This document shows, piece by piece, positions 14,401-29,400 of a stretch of 64,000 nucleotides of DNA. The stretch lies in NCBI RefSeq assembly GCF_964204645.1, contig NC_134028.1:19103653-19167652 (forward strand). The letters are read 5' to 3'. The notes under the pieces are model-generated. The model ran no database searches and was not told the origin of the DNA. It saw only the letters and a list, made by a program, of their open reading frames with translations. The DNA comes from Tubulanus polymorphus. Lineage: Eukaryota > Animalia > Nemertea. Every line of letters begins with the position of its first letter. The first letter of the stretch is position 1. Made by a program: the position numbers and the translations under genes.

Positions 14401-17400
14401 GAAAAATGTAAAGCGCTCTGAGCCGCCTGGCTGGATTTAGCCCTATATAAGACACATATTATCATTATTATTAGTCAGTTTTAGGAGTGCTAGCCAATAT
14501 TTATGATGCCTCTTAGTGGTTATGAAATGTATTATAATGGAGGTCATCGTTCCCATGTCGTATACTGTTAAGGCAAGTATTGACGTGCCAAAACTTTTTA
14601 GGCGGAGACCCATACAGTGTCTTTTTCACACATGATTAATCTTTAAAAATCAAAAAGAAATTTTCCCAGAAAGTCAATCAATCAATATAGCCCTCTAGCG
14701 GCAATTGTGTGAGGATCATCACATTCTACAATCTCAAGTGGGTGACAAACTATATACAATGTTGTATTTTGTTTGAGCGGACATATTATACAATGAGATG
14801 TAAGCAACTTTGTGCAGGTGATAATCATGAAGCAGGCTTCATTGGGCATACATATTATGTTAATCGAAAAACCAGGTCATAAAAAACTAGATGTGCTACT
14901 ATTCTTACCTGTGAGAGGTCAATACTAGAGTTTTTCCTTGTTCTCTATAGTTTGACAACGTATCCCATAGCATCCGTTTAGCGACTGGATCCATACCAGT
15001 TGTTGGTTCATCCAGAAATACAATCGGTGGGTCTCCAATCAGCGCAATGGCAGTGCTCAACTTACGTTTGTTTCCTCCGCTAAAAAACAGCAAGGTTCAG
15101 TTTACTCCGATTGGTCAACTCAACTATAACTCTAGAACTCTAAACATTGTCATCTTTTTTGAAGGAAATGAGGAATCCTATACCTGTACGATTTCACAAG
15201 TTTATGAGCGTGTTTGTCAAGTAACAACGACACAATCAACCGTTCGACCATGTGAGGAATCAGAACTTCTTTCACTCCTCTCAATCGAGCAAACATAGTC
15301 AATGTTTCTACTCCAGTCATCTGATCTATCAAAGCATCAAACTGTGGACAGTATCCTAACTGTAGTCTAACCTACAATGGGAATATTGAAGTTAATTCAC
15401 AAAGCAATTACTACAAACAGTATACAAAATACTCCGCTTCATTCAGTAGCCTTAAAACTGTAAATATCTTGTAGCCCACCACGTATATACAAATGATGAG
15501 TGACAAGAATTATAGATGAAATGCTCTCTAAAGTGAATATCGCAAAAAATCAACCTGATATAAACTCTTTTATGTCCAAGATGACCTCTTAAAAGTGAAG
15601 CCATATCATAATATCATGACAATTGATCAAAACATGTAGAGAACCAATGAACAACTCTGTGCACCAAAATCCAAAAGTGGGCTAAAAAGATTTCTTCACT
15701 TATGTTGTCATCATCTCTTATCAAATATACAATGATCTAACTCACATGATCCAGACTGTTTCTGACATTAAATCCATTCATATATGCCTCGCCTCCGGAT
15801 AACACCTCATCTCCAGTCAACATTTTAAATGTTGTAGTTTTACCAGCTCCATTAACTCCCAACAGTCCAAAGCATTCCCCTTGTGGTATACCGAGGTTCA
15901 AGTGATCAACGGCCAGGAATTTATCATAATACTTCACAACATTATGAAGTATGACGGAATCCGTTTCAAACAATGATTCTATTGCAGCATCATTGATACG
16001 CTGTCTTTCAACAGCAACATCACTGTCTTCTTCAATCTGGGATGACTGATGTTGCACTGGTGGTCCATCATCTCCAACCTAAAATGATGAACTCACAAAA
16101 TTCAATTCCAGGTCAGATAGCCTATGAAATAGATTACTGCTACTGTGTTTACGTGTTTTGTATGCTTAAGAATTCAAGCACAGGTGTTACTATTAAATGT
16201 TTTGACCTCATTTATGATTATGATGAAGCATTATTCATATATTCAGAATATGTGCTCAGCAGCAATGGAGAAGTCATTCATTTGGAAACCATACCCGAAG
16301 TATTTAAATTTCCACCGCTGCTTTAGTTATAGACTCAGCCTTAAAATTAAGCCAAAAGAAACCTAATATTACTAGGATTATTTACCGTTATAGTTTCATG
16401 CATTTGATCTGCTCTATTTTGTTCTTCATTATCATCATATAATAACCCTGTTAACAATGACCATAGTCTATGGAAAATTTGTGATTCTAAAGCGAACACC
16501 AGCATGAAATAACCAACACCTTGTAAGAACATAAACACTAATGGACGGCCTATTCCTCCCTGCTGCATCGATAAATAATTCTCTTGGTAGTCAATACACT
16601 TTGACGGTCCACAGTTACCTGTGAAAGAAATTCAGTTTAGTTCAAAAATTGTACTAGCGGTTGTGAGATGAATTATTTAGGATAAAAATCAAATATAAGA
16701 TATATCCACTTAGAGTGAGCTCTATGTCTTTTCAGTACAATAGTTTCAAAAAAAAAAAGTTGGAAAATATTCTCAAAGCAAGAGTTGGAAAAACCTTTCA
16801 ATGAAAAAATCCAAATTACAGACTGTTTAATGTACAACTAACATAACTAACCTTTACAGCAAGGGTTCGGTATACCAAGTTTACAAAGCTCCTGGTATTG
16901 CAAACAAATATCGAGAAATTCATAGTTTGCATAATAATCTTCGAGACCGCGCCCCAAACAGAAATTTGGTATCAATAGAAAGAATATCCATTCTAATACT
17001 TTTGATAAATCTCCAGTGTCTAATTGAGGTATTGAAAGTATATCTACAGCTAGAGTTGTCCCAATACCTGCAGAAAACCAGAAGTTACCATAAACTAGGG
17101 GTCCAGGGACACCATGCCCACTTGGAAAGTGGTTCCAAATGCTCAACCATCTAACAATTTCAATATTCAACGCCCCCCTGGTGACCATATACAAAACCAA
17201 TGACCTTGAAACTAACCACAATCATTGAACATGTCAGCAGCGACGATTTTGTAATTGATTGTGATAACAAAATTAACCAATTTACCAAAGTTACCAATTT
17301 AATATGGAAATACTAAGTTATCCTACTATTCAACGCTCCCTGGTGACCATATTCAAACCCAATGTCCTTGAAACTCACCACAATCATAGAACACGTTATG

Positions 17401-20400
17401 GGCTACAACTTTCTAATTTATTGTGGTAAATATATACGAATGATCATAGTGATTGATCAAAGCGTCTTCAAAATTTGCCTCAAAAAGTTCAAAAACGTAT
17501 AAAAAGTGCTGGTTTTGACGATCAACAATGGCTGCCAGTCGGCCATCTTGATTCTGACAGGGCCAGTTTTTGGGGCTGAAGATATATCTAGGGTAGATAC
17601 ATGTGTAACCCAAATATCAAGACATTACCTTGAAGCGTCTTCAAAACTTCCCAAAATAACTGGATTCCATCTACGGAGGACAGACAAAAAGAGAACGCTA
17701 TAGCCCGCTGGGGATTAAGTCCCAAGTGGGCTAAAAATGTAATATTCCTGATGGAGAAAATCATTCATTTACTCATGAGAGGATTTTCACTTCAAACTAA
17801 TTGTACCCGGTGGTTATCATGAAAAAATTGTAATACTGACTTAAATAATGCATAATAATGATGAATCTTACCTGAGAGCACGTTGAGCATAGTTAACCAG
17901 ACGAATCCTGTAGAGGGTACAGTAAATAGGAATGACAGCAGATACATAAATGGTAAGATACTCCAACCATACAACATAAACAGAAGTAATATATGGAACA
18001 GATGATAGTCACTGATATATGCCTTTACATCAAATGCAGCGAATGTAACCAATAATAATAAACACGGTATTATATAATTAATGATATCCCAGCTAAATGT
18101 AGACAACCAGAACATAAATGTATTCACGCCACTAACAAACTGACTGTGCTTCACCTTAGATGATCGTTCTTTCACCAGAAACAGGACGAAACTCGATGCC
18201 AAAAATGACATTCCGAAACACAGAAATATCGCAATTGAAAATCCAATCATACTTTCAGCAAAACTGTCGTTGATTTTATCCTCAGTTGTTCTTGGTAATG
18301 GATGGTTCGTTGTATGAATCGTGTAATTCAGATTTGTAAGGTGATGAAGTAACGCATTGTCCACTAAATTCAATGTTATTCCCGGAGTATGGTAAGCTTG
18401 ATCCTGGAATCCACCTACGGCAAGGGTACTACCATTATTTGAGCTGAATGTTGCCCCAATCAAATATTCGCTAGAATACACGTATAAACTTTCTAAACCT
18501 TGTTTAACTAAATAATCTGTCAAATTTTTGACAGATCTAATGTGAACATTTGACTGTAATTTGAACTGTCTCCCATATGACTTATGTAGACTGTTCACCA
18601 ATGAAGTATTGACCAAGTCACTTATGGTTGCATGCACTTTAGGGTATCGCTCCAAATCCAGCATCATTGGTGGTGAGTCTCCTATTTTCGGAAGCGTCTT
18701 TACAATAGCTAGTACTAGTATAGTGAATACAAGTGGAATAGCTAACTGAGTCATTGTGACAATACGGTTTCTCCATGTATGCAACACTCTTTTATAAAAC
18801 ATCGCATAAAACTGTTGAGCATATAGGGCAAAACCGGTGTTATACTCCATTGATCTATCAAATTCTAAAACGAAAAAATCAGATTACGAATTAGAAAAAG
18901 ACAGACAACACTTACTGGCTTAGCGTTACCAGGTATGAATCAGAAGGCTGCACCTGTATAACTGAAGCCTGAAGTTGAACTGCTGCTTAATGGGAACTGA
19001 CCCAGTGCATTGCTGCGATTCAAAGCTGGCTCATTACCAAGACTTCCAGAAGTACTATTTGCCGAATCATGTTGCAATTTCCCTTTTAAATTTCCATCAG
19101 AACTTTCACCAACCCTATATCAATTAAGATTATCCAGATTATAACAAAGAATTCATGTTGCATGGAATTGAAGGATTTCATTCTCACTTTACTTCCATTT
19201 AATATAAATTTATTTATTATATGGACATAAAAAATTCAAATTGATGGAACAATGGAATTCATAGTGCACATCTTGGGACTATGTAGAAAAAAGAATCCAG
19301 GTTACAATGCCTCCACCAAAACAGTTCTCTGCACAATGGGAAGCGGGAGTGCATGGAGGGAGACACCAACGATAACGATAGGAAAAAGGGTTAAGTATTG
19401 CAAAAAAAATAGTATCAGTAAAAATAAAATGGAATAAATGGTATTTACCTCAGAAACACCTCTTCCATCGTAGTTACTGATGCACCATAGCTTGATATCC
19501 CCAAATCATCTTTATTCTGCTCTAATTCCGTAAATAAAGCTTCAAATTGATCAGAACTTTCCTGAGGAAGAATATATGTTAATTCAGCACTGATATTACT
19601 CTCAAGAGTGGCTGAAGGAACATGTTTTGAGATGACATTCGAAATCAGTGAGACGTCGCAATTTGGATGTTTTACTATCACCATGTGATACCCAGCACCT
19701 GAAAAAAACCGGGTACTGCATGTATAATAATTGCCATTGAATTTCTATGCAGTAGAAAGCTGTAAATACGTATAATTTTGTACCATAGCGCTTCTTTAGG
19801 AATAATGAAGTTCCACAGCATTGTATCACCCCAGCAGCCATAATTGCAATACGGTCCCCTAACAAATCAGCTTCCTCCATGAAATGCGTACTCAGCAATA
19901 TTGTACGTCCCTGTCTGTGTTTCTGTAATATATCCCACGTATGGCGTCGTGCATCTGGATCCATTCCTGATGTTGGTTCATCCAATATAACAACCTACCA
20001 ATATACACATACCATTTTCTATTCCCATACTTGAACAAGTTGTAGAATGGATCATGAATTGAATCAAGTACAAATACCAATAGGTAACCTATTAAAAATC
20101 ATGCCATACTGGAACTCATGATTTGCCTAACTTTTAGAACACACATCATGTGGGAGGCTAAATCTAAATTTATACAAAGGAACGATAGAACATCAAGATG
20201 TCATCTCTGCTAACACTTCCATATTTCACTGATCCTCAACACAGCAAGCAACAACTCAGTCACCTGACCCTTCACATGCAACTCCACTAACGTATATGCC
20301 GTGTCGTCAAGGAAAACTATCTAAGCTTATATTGGAGATAATGGACAAGCACTTCATCATTACTCTAACAGTAACAAATTCGTTATCTGACACAATAAAG

Positions 20401-23400
20401 CAAGAAAAATCAGCAAATATTTCAATCGCGGTAAACATTGGAAAACAAGAGCCCCACGGAGCATTATGGGCAGCCTAATATTAGCTTTTCATAAATGATA
20501 TAATCTGTGGGTTGGAGATCACGATTCGAACCCCCCTTATTTACTTGTAATGATTACATCATTGATTGTACAATGTTATGATTTGCGATAAATTTATAGT
20601 AGCGACAATATAACAATTTAATCAAGTTAAGAAAACAAACCATGTGTTGAGTTGATGATTGACGCCAGAGGTCACGTTTGAAAGAAGATTTTTAGAGAAC
20701 ACGAAGAACATGGGTTATATTTGTTATAATATTCAATATGATTTACACAGTACAATCAAGCTTATATAAGAAGCACGGACGGCAAGAATGAACACCTCAT
20801 ATCAATATTTTATATCGTATCTTAATGATTTGAATGGCGGTCAAAATTGAATTGGATTTGATATTATTTTCCAATTAAATTTTTTTTGAATTTTGCAATT
20901 TGAGCACATGGCTCATTCGCATATCAAGGTCATCCATCCTATATGAAGAAAGCTATTTTTCCAGACCCTTGCACAATTGTGAGGGAATTGTTTGTAGTGC
21001 AAATAAAATTTCCAGAAATCGATCTTCAAATACAATTTTACATTTTAAAATAAAACCCAGAAGTAACATGCAGACATACTGGGGTTCATGTGAACACCTG
21101 CTGACTTCAGTGGCTAAACCAATCATAGAGGAGGCTTAGCTCTCTGATTATCTTTATAAAACTGATATTTTTGCATTCAGATTTAGACAAAAAACCTGAA
21201 ATCCTGTACATTTTAACGAGGCCCTTTGCAAAATTCAGCTCCCTAGGAATTGGAGATTGGATAACACTTGAATGCATAATTTGTATGAATAAATGCTCAG
21301 TTCACAGTGAAAACGTTTTTCATTTGGATTCTATGTCATCTATGTCGCGGTGATAGTGAGACTCAATTGAGTTCTCGGATTCATATCACACACCATCATT
21401 TACATTATGCTATTTTGATTCTGGATTTATTTGTGAATTCTTGATTTCTATTACATTATTATCATTTACTGCACCTAACATCTCGTTCATAATCGATTTA
21501 AAAATCATTGTAATGTAAATATTTTACTTATCATCTTCCTATCCTGAAAACTAGGGGCCAGGGACACCATGCCCACTTGGGAAGTGGTTTCAAATGCTCA
21601 ACAATCTAACAATTTCAATATTCAACCCCCTGGTAACCATTTACAAACACCAATGACCTTAAAACTCACCACAATCATAGAACATGTCAGCAGCTACAAT
21701 TTTGTAATTGATTGTGATAACAAAATATGCCTCGTTACCAATTTAATATGGATATACTAAGTTATTCTACTATTCAACGCCCCCTAGTGACCATATGCAA
21801 AACCCAATGGCCTAGAAACTCGCCACAATCAAAGATGGTGTCATGAGCTACAACTTTGCAATTGATTGTGGTAACAAAATATGCATAGGTACAAATATAA
21901 TATAGAAATACTAAGTAATTGTATTTTTCAATGCCCCCTGGTGGCCATATAGAAAAACCAATGACCTAGAAACTCACAAAAATCATAAACACGTTATGAG
22001 CTAAAACTCTCCGATTGATTGTGGTAACAAAATATGCTTAGGTATCAATATAATGTGGAAAAACTTTTTGCTACCTACGATTGAGTACTGATGACAGCAA
22101 TATGGCCGCCAAGTGCGTCATAATTGGCTGATCAAAAATACCTGTCCCAGGTATAAAACATCCTTTTCCAAAGAATACACATCACAAATTGCAATGAGAA
22201 ATGGAAAACCAGTAGTAAGCTACAGGACTCAGAATTCGGGCCACTAAAAAGGTCATAGGACGGCCATCTTGAGTCCGACCGACCAATTTTTCTCAAGCTG
22301 ATGGGCCCTTGGGGGATTCAAATATATCCGAAAAGTCAAGGTAATTGATCAAAGCGTCTTCAAAATTTACCTCAAAAAGTTCAAAAATGTGTAAAAAGAG
22401 CTTATTTTGGCGAACAACGATGGCTGCGAGTCCGCCATCTTGATTTTCACAGGGCCAGTTTTTGGGCTGAAGATGTGTCTAGGGTAGATACATGTGTAAC
22501 CCAAATATCAAGGTATTACATTGAAGCGTCTTCAAAACTTCCCAAAATAACTGGATTCCATCTACGGACGGACGGATGACAGACCAAAAGTGAACGCAAT
22601 AGCCCGCTGGGACTAAAGTCCCAAGTGGGCTAAAAGGATGTTGAACCGTAGTAAGCTATACCCTGCCCATCTGCGTAAAAGACACTAACCTTTGAGCCAC
22701 CTATCAGAGCAATCCCAACTGATAGCTTTCGTTTCATTCCACCAGACAGTGTTTTAGACTGAGCATTGTGCTTTTCTTCCAGCCCTAATGACTGTATCAT
22801 ACAAGCTATCTCAGATTCTACATCATCATCATTGTAACCTTTTAACTGAAATAAAAAAAGTCAGAATGATGGTTATAAGTGTAAAACCCACTATATACAG
22901 AATCTAAGATTAACAAGAGTCCCGAGCAGCACAACGGCCAGCGTGTAATATTCACTTTTCATAAATGATGCAATCTGTGGGTTATATTTGTCAAAATACA
23001 CTCCCTGCTAATTGAGCTTTTTAAAGCAGCACAGATGGCAGGAATGAATACCTCATATCTATCTTTTTGCTTGGTCAATTGATTTGAAAACAGAATAAAT
23101 TGAATTGGATTTTGATGTAATTTCGTTCAATAGAATTAAATTGAATTGGATTTAATATCTTTCGCACATAAAATTTAGTTGAATTTGCATTCGAGCATAA
23201 GGCTAATTAGCATATTTAGGTCATCCATCCAATATGAGAAAAAGATATTTTTCCAAACCTTGCGTAATTGCAGGCCATTCAATGACTACCGCACAGTGAA
23301 AAATGGGCACCAACTTTGAAAAGGGCCAGTATTAATGCCCAGCGAGCGAGTTTGAGTGCCGGTATCATGCCACTAAATTTCCCTTTATATTCAATTTGCT

Positions 23401-26400
23401 TGTGGCTTTTTTAGATTTTTGGTAAATTTTGAATTACCGATTCAATCGTATAGGCCTAGAGCAACATTGATATATCTTGAAATAGTGCCCTTTTGAGTGG
23501 CTTAGATGACAAAGATTTTTCAAGGGCATTTGAAAACTGTGACTACCACACGTGCTGCATGTGCGACAGTAAGGATCCACGCCTGAATTATCTAGGATAA
23601 ATTTTTTGAAATGCAAATAAAAATTTCTCCCAAACACCAATTCACCTTCAGATGTCCCAAAATGTGATCAGAAATTTAGAAAACAAATTTGTGTACATAA
23701 CCAGTCACCTGTCTGCCTATAATAAACCTACTTCGGGGATGAAAGAAATAGTATCAAAGCGAGTTTAACTACATTACCTTACAGAAAAATAGAAGATGTT
23801 CATACACAGTAAGATGATCAAACAAAATGTCATGCTGTGGACACAATCCAAGACTCCTTCTAACATTTGTTATATCAGTTCTGATGTCATAACCATTAAC
23901 TTTAGCAGTACCGCTAGTAGAGGGAATAAATCCTTAATGAAAAAAATTTAATTCATTAAAAACTAATTAAAATTTTACAGATTTTCTCCCAGCCCTTCCA
24001 AATGGCTAAGAGCTGAGGGACTTATCTCCCCATATTAATTGCAGACCCTATTTAAATCTTAATGACATAATATCAGCCATGAATATCCAGTTGTTACAAT
24101 TTATGCTAACAGAAGCTAACAGAAAGTTACTTTCAGAATAATTCTATAAATTGATCCTAAATAAATTGCCCCATGGGCAAAGTGTGGTTTACCTTGAAAG
24201 CTAGAGGTTGTTTGGAGCAAGGGCATTGCTTGAAAAATCTTTAATTCATGACTTCAAAGTTCCACAAGATTACATTGAATTTTATTTTTCTTAAAGAATT
24301 ATTTTGTAGTCAAATAAGACCAAAGATGTACATTTCTTTACGGTCCACGTCCAAAATTTCGGAGGGCACAGGCGCGGCAGGGAAACTATTTCATATTTTC
24401 CAAAAAAAAATTTTCACAATATGAAAAAATATTCAAATAATATCCATTTGTCACCAATCAGAGGGTGGCTGAATATTGAGTCTTGGAAACCTCTTCCAAT
24501 GTATGGCGGCGAAAGCTAAAATACCAGTGCAGTAAGAAATTGGCGTATTAGATCATTTTAAATCCTGGAATTTACCACTACAATATTCAGACCTCGTCCT
24601 ATACCTATAGTTTGCTGCTTAGTATTTTCAGGTCACAAGAAATTACAATTTATTACACAGCGCTCATCTTCTGCTACGATTATTCAGCATATTTTCACGT
24701 CAAACATGCACGCGCCAAGCAGCGTTACAGCATCGCCATGTAGTAGTGTACTGTACGAGCCTGTGTGTTTGTGTGTGCAACAGTCTAATGATTGGCACTT
24801 AGCGTGCACATGGAGGCCTTATGTGCAAGTGAATGTTCGCTTACACTTCAATGTCAATCAAAACAATCACTGGCTATTAAAATGAAACAATACATATGGC
24901 GGATATGTGAAATAATCATATTCTCACCAGCGATGAGCATTTGAAATTTTCACGTATACGGCACTTAGTACAATGAAACGTTCGCAATTCTATAGCTTTC
25001 CCATAATTATTTTAGAAGCGCCTGAATTCGTCGTATATCCCCAAAACAGCCAATCACAGAGACGACGCCCCAAATCAAGGTCATTGCAATTTTATATGCA
25101 AGAGCTAAGAATTTTATTGCCAAAAACAGTTTTTCGGCAAATTCTAAGTTGACCATGTCATCAACCGAGGTTCGCCATGTCTTTAATTGGCCATCCACAG
25201 CAATCTATGATAGTATTGCAGTAGGTCAGATTTGCCCAATTCAAGCCTATGTGCCAATTTTCGAAGTTATTTTGTATATCTGAATCTAATGATGTGAACT
25301 GCAATTGTAAGATTTATTTACTCAGTCAGCTATCTAATGCATAATGGAAATCAACTAAGTACCGGTACCTGTAAGCATTGACATTGTTGTAGTTTTACCA
25401 GCTCCATTATGACCAAGCAATGCAGTAATTTGTCCTTCAAACATATCCAGGGTCATTTCTGAAACTGCTACATTGATCATTGCACCTGAAGAGTATTCCT
25501 ACAATATAAGGAACCAGAAGAAACTTTCCATAATGGGTTTCGGCATAATTGACTTTGAACTTGTACAAGAGGCCCATGGGCCTTGAAGCATTGGTAGATA
25601 TTACTGTGGTAAGGTTTTAAGTAGTTAATGTATTACATCTGCCGGCAAATGTTCTATGACTATGTTGATTGGGAGGACCACAGACTTAAGGTTTCTGCCA
25701 AATGATTTAGCCTAGGCTAGTTGTATTGTTAAACCTCATTAATGTGATTCTGTTAAAAAGACGAAACTAGTTTATTCTGATGTTTTCCATCATGTCCCGG
25801 CTAAGATGTTTATATCAATCAAGATTTGGATACAAAAACCTATTTAATACAACAATTTCGGCACTTTCCCCTACACAAGATTCATATCAACGATGTACAA
25901 CTGTAAAGGTAATTTCGACTGACTGTGGTTATGTAAGTCCTACTGAATAATGAAAACAAAAACAGAATGATTTTTCTGAATGCAAAATCCTGTGATGCAT
26001 ACGTAGATCAACCAGTCAAACATACGCATGCAAACCGTCGAGAGCGATGCCGATGTTGGTGTCACTGAGGCCGGCTGATGATTGCTGTTTCGCTTTACGT
26101 CATTACCAAGACTAACCCTATTGAATTGGTCATTTAGCCTCACGGCCTCTGAAGTGTTGCCCGCACACTGTAAGCAGTCAGCAGGGCTCAAACCCACTTG
26201 TCACTCAGAACTGATAGTGGATTCAACAGCATCACGCCTTATCACACTGACACTGAGCTACCGAGGCCGCTCGATTCAATTCCAAACTAGAAAGAATCTT
26301 TCTATGTGGTTGGGTTAATAACATTTCGATCAAAGACACTCAGTGACAGTTACGAACTATACCATTCAATACCAGGCCACTACGTGAGAACGCAAATTGT

Positions 26401-29400
26401 ACACCGATACAAAGTTACAGTCTACATTCCCTCATAGCCCATTCCCTCGTAGCCACGCCAATCTGTAGCTACTCTGTTGTGATATCGTCTCATCAACATT
26501 CCCTACCTACACATTGCCGTGAAACTATGAAGTAGGGTCAACAAATCGATACCCGCACGGAGGCAGGATCGTAGCGAACGAGCCGCGTCGATTCACAGGT
26601 TCGATTTCAAGTATATTCCCACACAATGTTGGTCAACCAGTACAGTGTTTTTTAATGCAAATTCGTAATCTTTAAAATTCAACTGCATATCGATACAAAC
26701 GTTTTTTTCGACACGATGACCCCAGGCGTATGCATATTTAATTTTAGTTCAAATATTTTCAAAGGAATCTTTTTCTATCAATAGATTATGCTTTATCTAA
26801 ATATCAACGGCTTCGTTCATTTTGATGAGCTACACGTGTTACTAAAACGATGGCGCTATCATCACAGCTCCAGTAAATATTGCAAACTACGCTGCGCATC
26901 AACTAAAGTCACAAGTGGGCTAACAACAAGTGGGCTAACCTAAGGGGCACTATGGCCAGCCTGTCAGCTTTTCATAAAATGGCAAATGATGCATTCTGTG
27001 GGTTAAATTTGTCCTAATACACTCCCAGCTCGATAGACTAGTCAATCCCAGGCTAATAATTTACTCAATTAATCGTGCTTTCATAAGAAGCACAGAGAGC
27101 GACTGGAACTGGCAGGAACAAATACCTCAGATAAATCTTTTCCCTTGGTCTTAGTGATTTGAATGCGGAATAGAATTGAATTTTCTGGAATTCACGAATA
27201 AAACAAAATTGAATTGGATTTGCTGTTTGACCTTGTTCAATAAAGTAAAATTGAATTGGATTTGATATTTTTTTTGCAGAATAAATTTGATTGAATTTGC
27301 AGTTTGGGCACAAGGCTAATTAGCATATCAAGGTCATCCATCCGATTTGAGAAAAAGCTATTTTTCCCGGACTTTGCAATAATGTCAATGATATTTTCTG
27401 TAGTGCAAATAAAAATATTCCTTCCAAAAACCAAATCAACTTAAGATTTCACAGAAATCGATATTGAAATACAATTTTAGATCTTAAAATAAAACCCGGA
27501 AGTAAAACAGTAGATGATACCGCGGCTTCACCTGAACACCTGCTGATCTCTGCGGCTAAACCAATCACAGTCTTTGCTTTCTGATTGGCTTATTAAAACA
27601 GATATTTTTGTGATCAGATTTTCGCGAAAAAGCTCATATAAATTTTAACAAGGCCCTCTTTCAAAATTCCGCTTCGTAGGAGTTTGAGAATGGATAATAC
27701 TCAAATGAATGATTTGTATGAATATACGCTCAGTTGCACATAGTCAAAGAGCCTTAGCCCTGGAAACCATGTCATTTTAATTCGCTCCATTTGTATAGTT
27801 ATAGGCTCAGCCTACGGCTGGCCTAAAAAATTGCATCCAATTAATGCCAACTAAAATTTTCATTTCAATCCTACCTTGGTCAGATTGCGTATTTTGATTC
27901 CTGCTTTGAGACCAGTTGGATTTTTTTCAAAGAAATCCATTTGTCTTGTTTTTTCGTTGCAAAGAAGAGGTTGATTTTCATCATCATCGTCATTTATAAG
28001 AGGACTGACTTTAGTTCCACACCAGTAGGAGCACTGAATAAAAATATATTTTAATACATTTCCGAAAAATAGCCATGGACAGATGATATTATAAAAATTA
28101 CCACTGTGGGTTAGTTACATGTTTATTCTCAACAGACCTCTACAACCCAATTTCCATCAGCCAAATCTTAATGAATTTATTCATATATGAGGGTTGGAAG
28201 CTCTTATGGTATGCAGTATTCACATATAAACTACCAGTATTTCGGTACGCAAGGCCTCAAGTACACAAAGTATGCCAATCAACTATCTCTCATAGTGTTA
28301 AATTGTTATTCCAGATCTGAACAGTTAGGTATTATCAATTGTAATCAGTTAGCAATTATCACTATTAAAGTAATAAAGGATATCTCAAAGATGAACAAGA
28401 AAGAAACTCCTAAGAATGGGCTTGCTGACTTGCTAGGGGGAATACACGTTACGAAATTAAAAATATCCTCGGGGACGAAGTTTTGAAACTTTTTAAACAA
28501 GGGGTATCCCTTGGGGCCCAAAATTGGAAGTGGTAGTTCAAAACACGTGTGATCAATTAGTTAACTAAATGTACAACTTAAGTCAGGCTTGACACCAAGA
28601 GTTCATATGGAGTGTTGCTAATCTTTAAGGAATTTTCATTAAGTACACACAATGACAACTTTAAGAATATTATCATTACCTGCAAGGGAAAGTACCAGGG
28701 CTGAGGTAAACCATACTCGCCAGGAGCTACAGCCTCAACATACCAAGCTATAGCCATGTACAGCACCATATCAAGAAGTAACATAATTATAATGTCTAAC
28801 ATGGAGAAGTCATCATCAACAGTAGGAGGTTTATTTATGTTAGACCACTGTAATCCAGCACCTATCACAAGACAATCACAAGACAATGAATCTATTATAC
28901 AGATAATAAAACTAAAACAATTTTAAGAAAAAAAATAATCTATACCTGTCCCTTCATGCATGCCAATGATCTGTCCTCCAAGAGACATAGCAACATTTGA
29001 TATGAAACAACATCCGAGTTTGCCGATATAATTCATTGACTCATAACGCGGTTGAATGATGGTATATGGCACATATGTCAAGTAAAACAGAATTCCTCCA
29101 GCTGCAGCGCCAGAATTTGCTGTAAGAGTAACATAGAATTATAAACAAAGGTGCACTAAAATGCAGTAAACTCTACAAATTTCATAGACCCAGAAAACCA
29201 GATAACTGTATCATATACACATACTACCAAAAATTCATAAAGACTTATGAATTTTTGATACTACACATAATACTCATTGACATCTTCAAAATTTTCTAAT
29301 TTAAATCATTTGTCAATAACATAAAATGCAGATTTATAATGTAAGCTCCCTTACCTTTCTTGAAGAAAACACTGATCATGAAGCAAAAAGTGATGGTCGT

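Noticed and set aside
26008-26641. TCAACCAGT direct repeat as a TSD around the structured island
   Set aside because: One copy lies inside the terminal hairpin and no convincing TIRs flank it.
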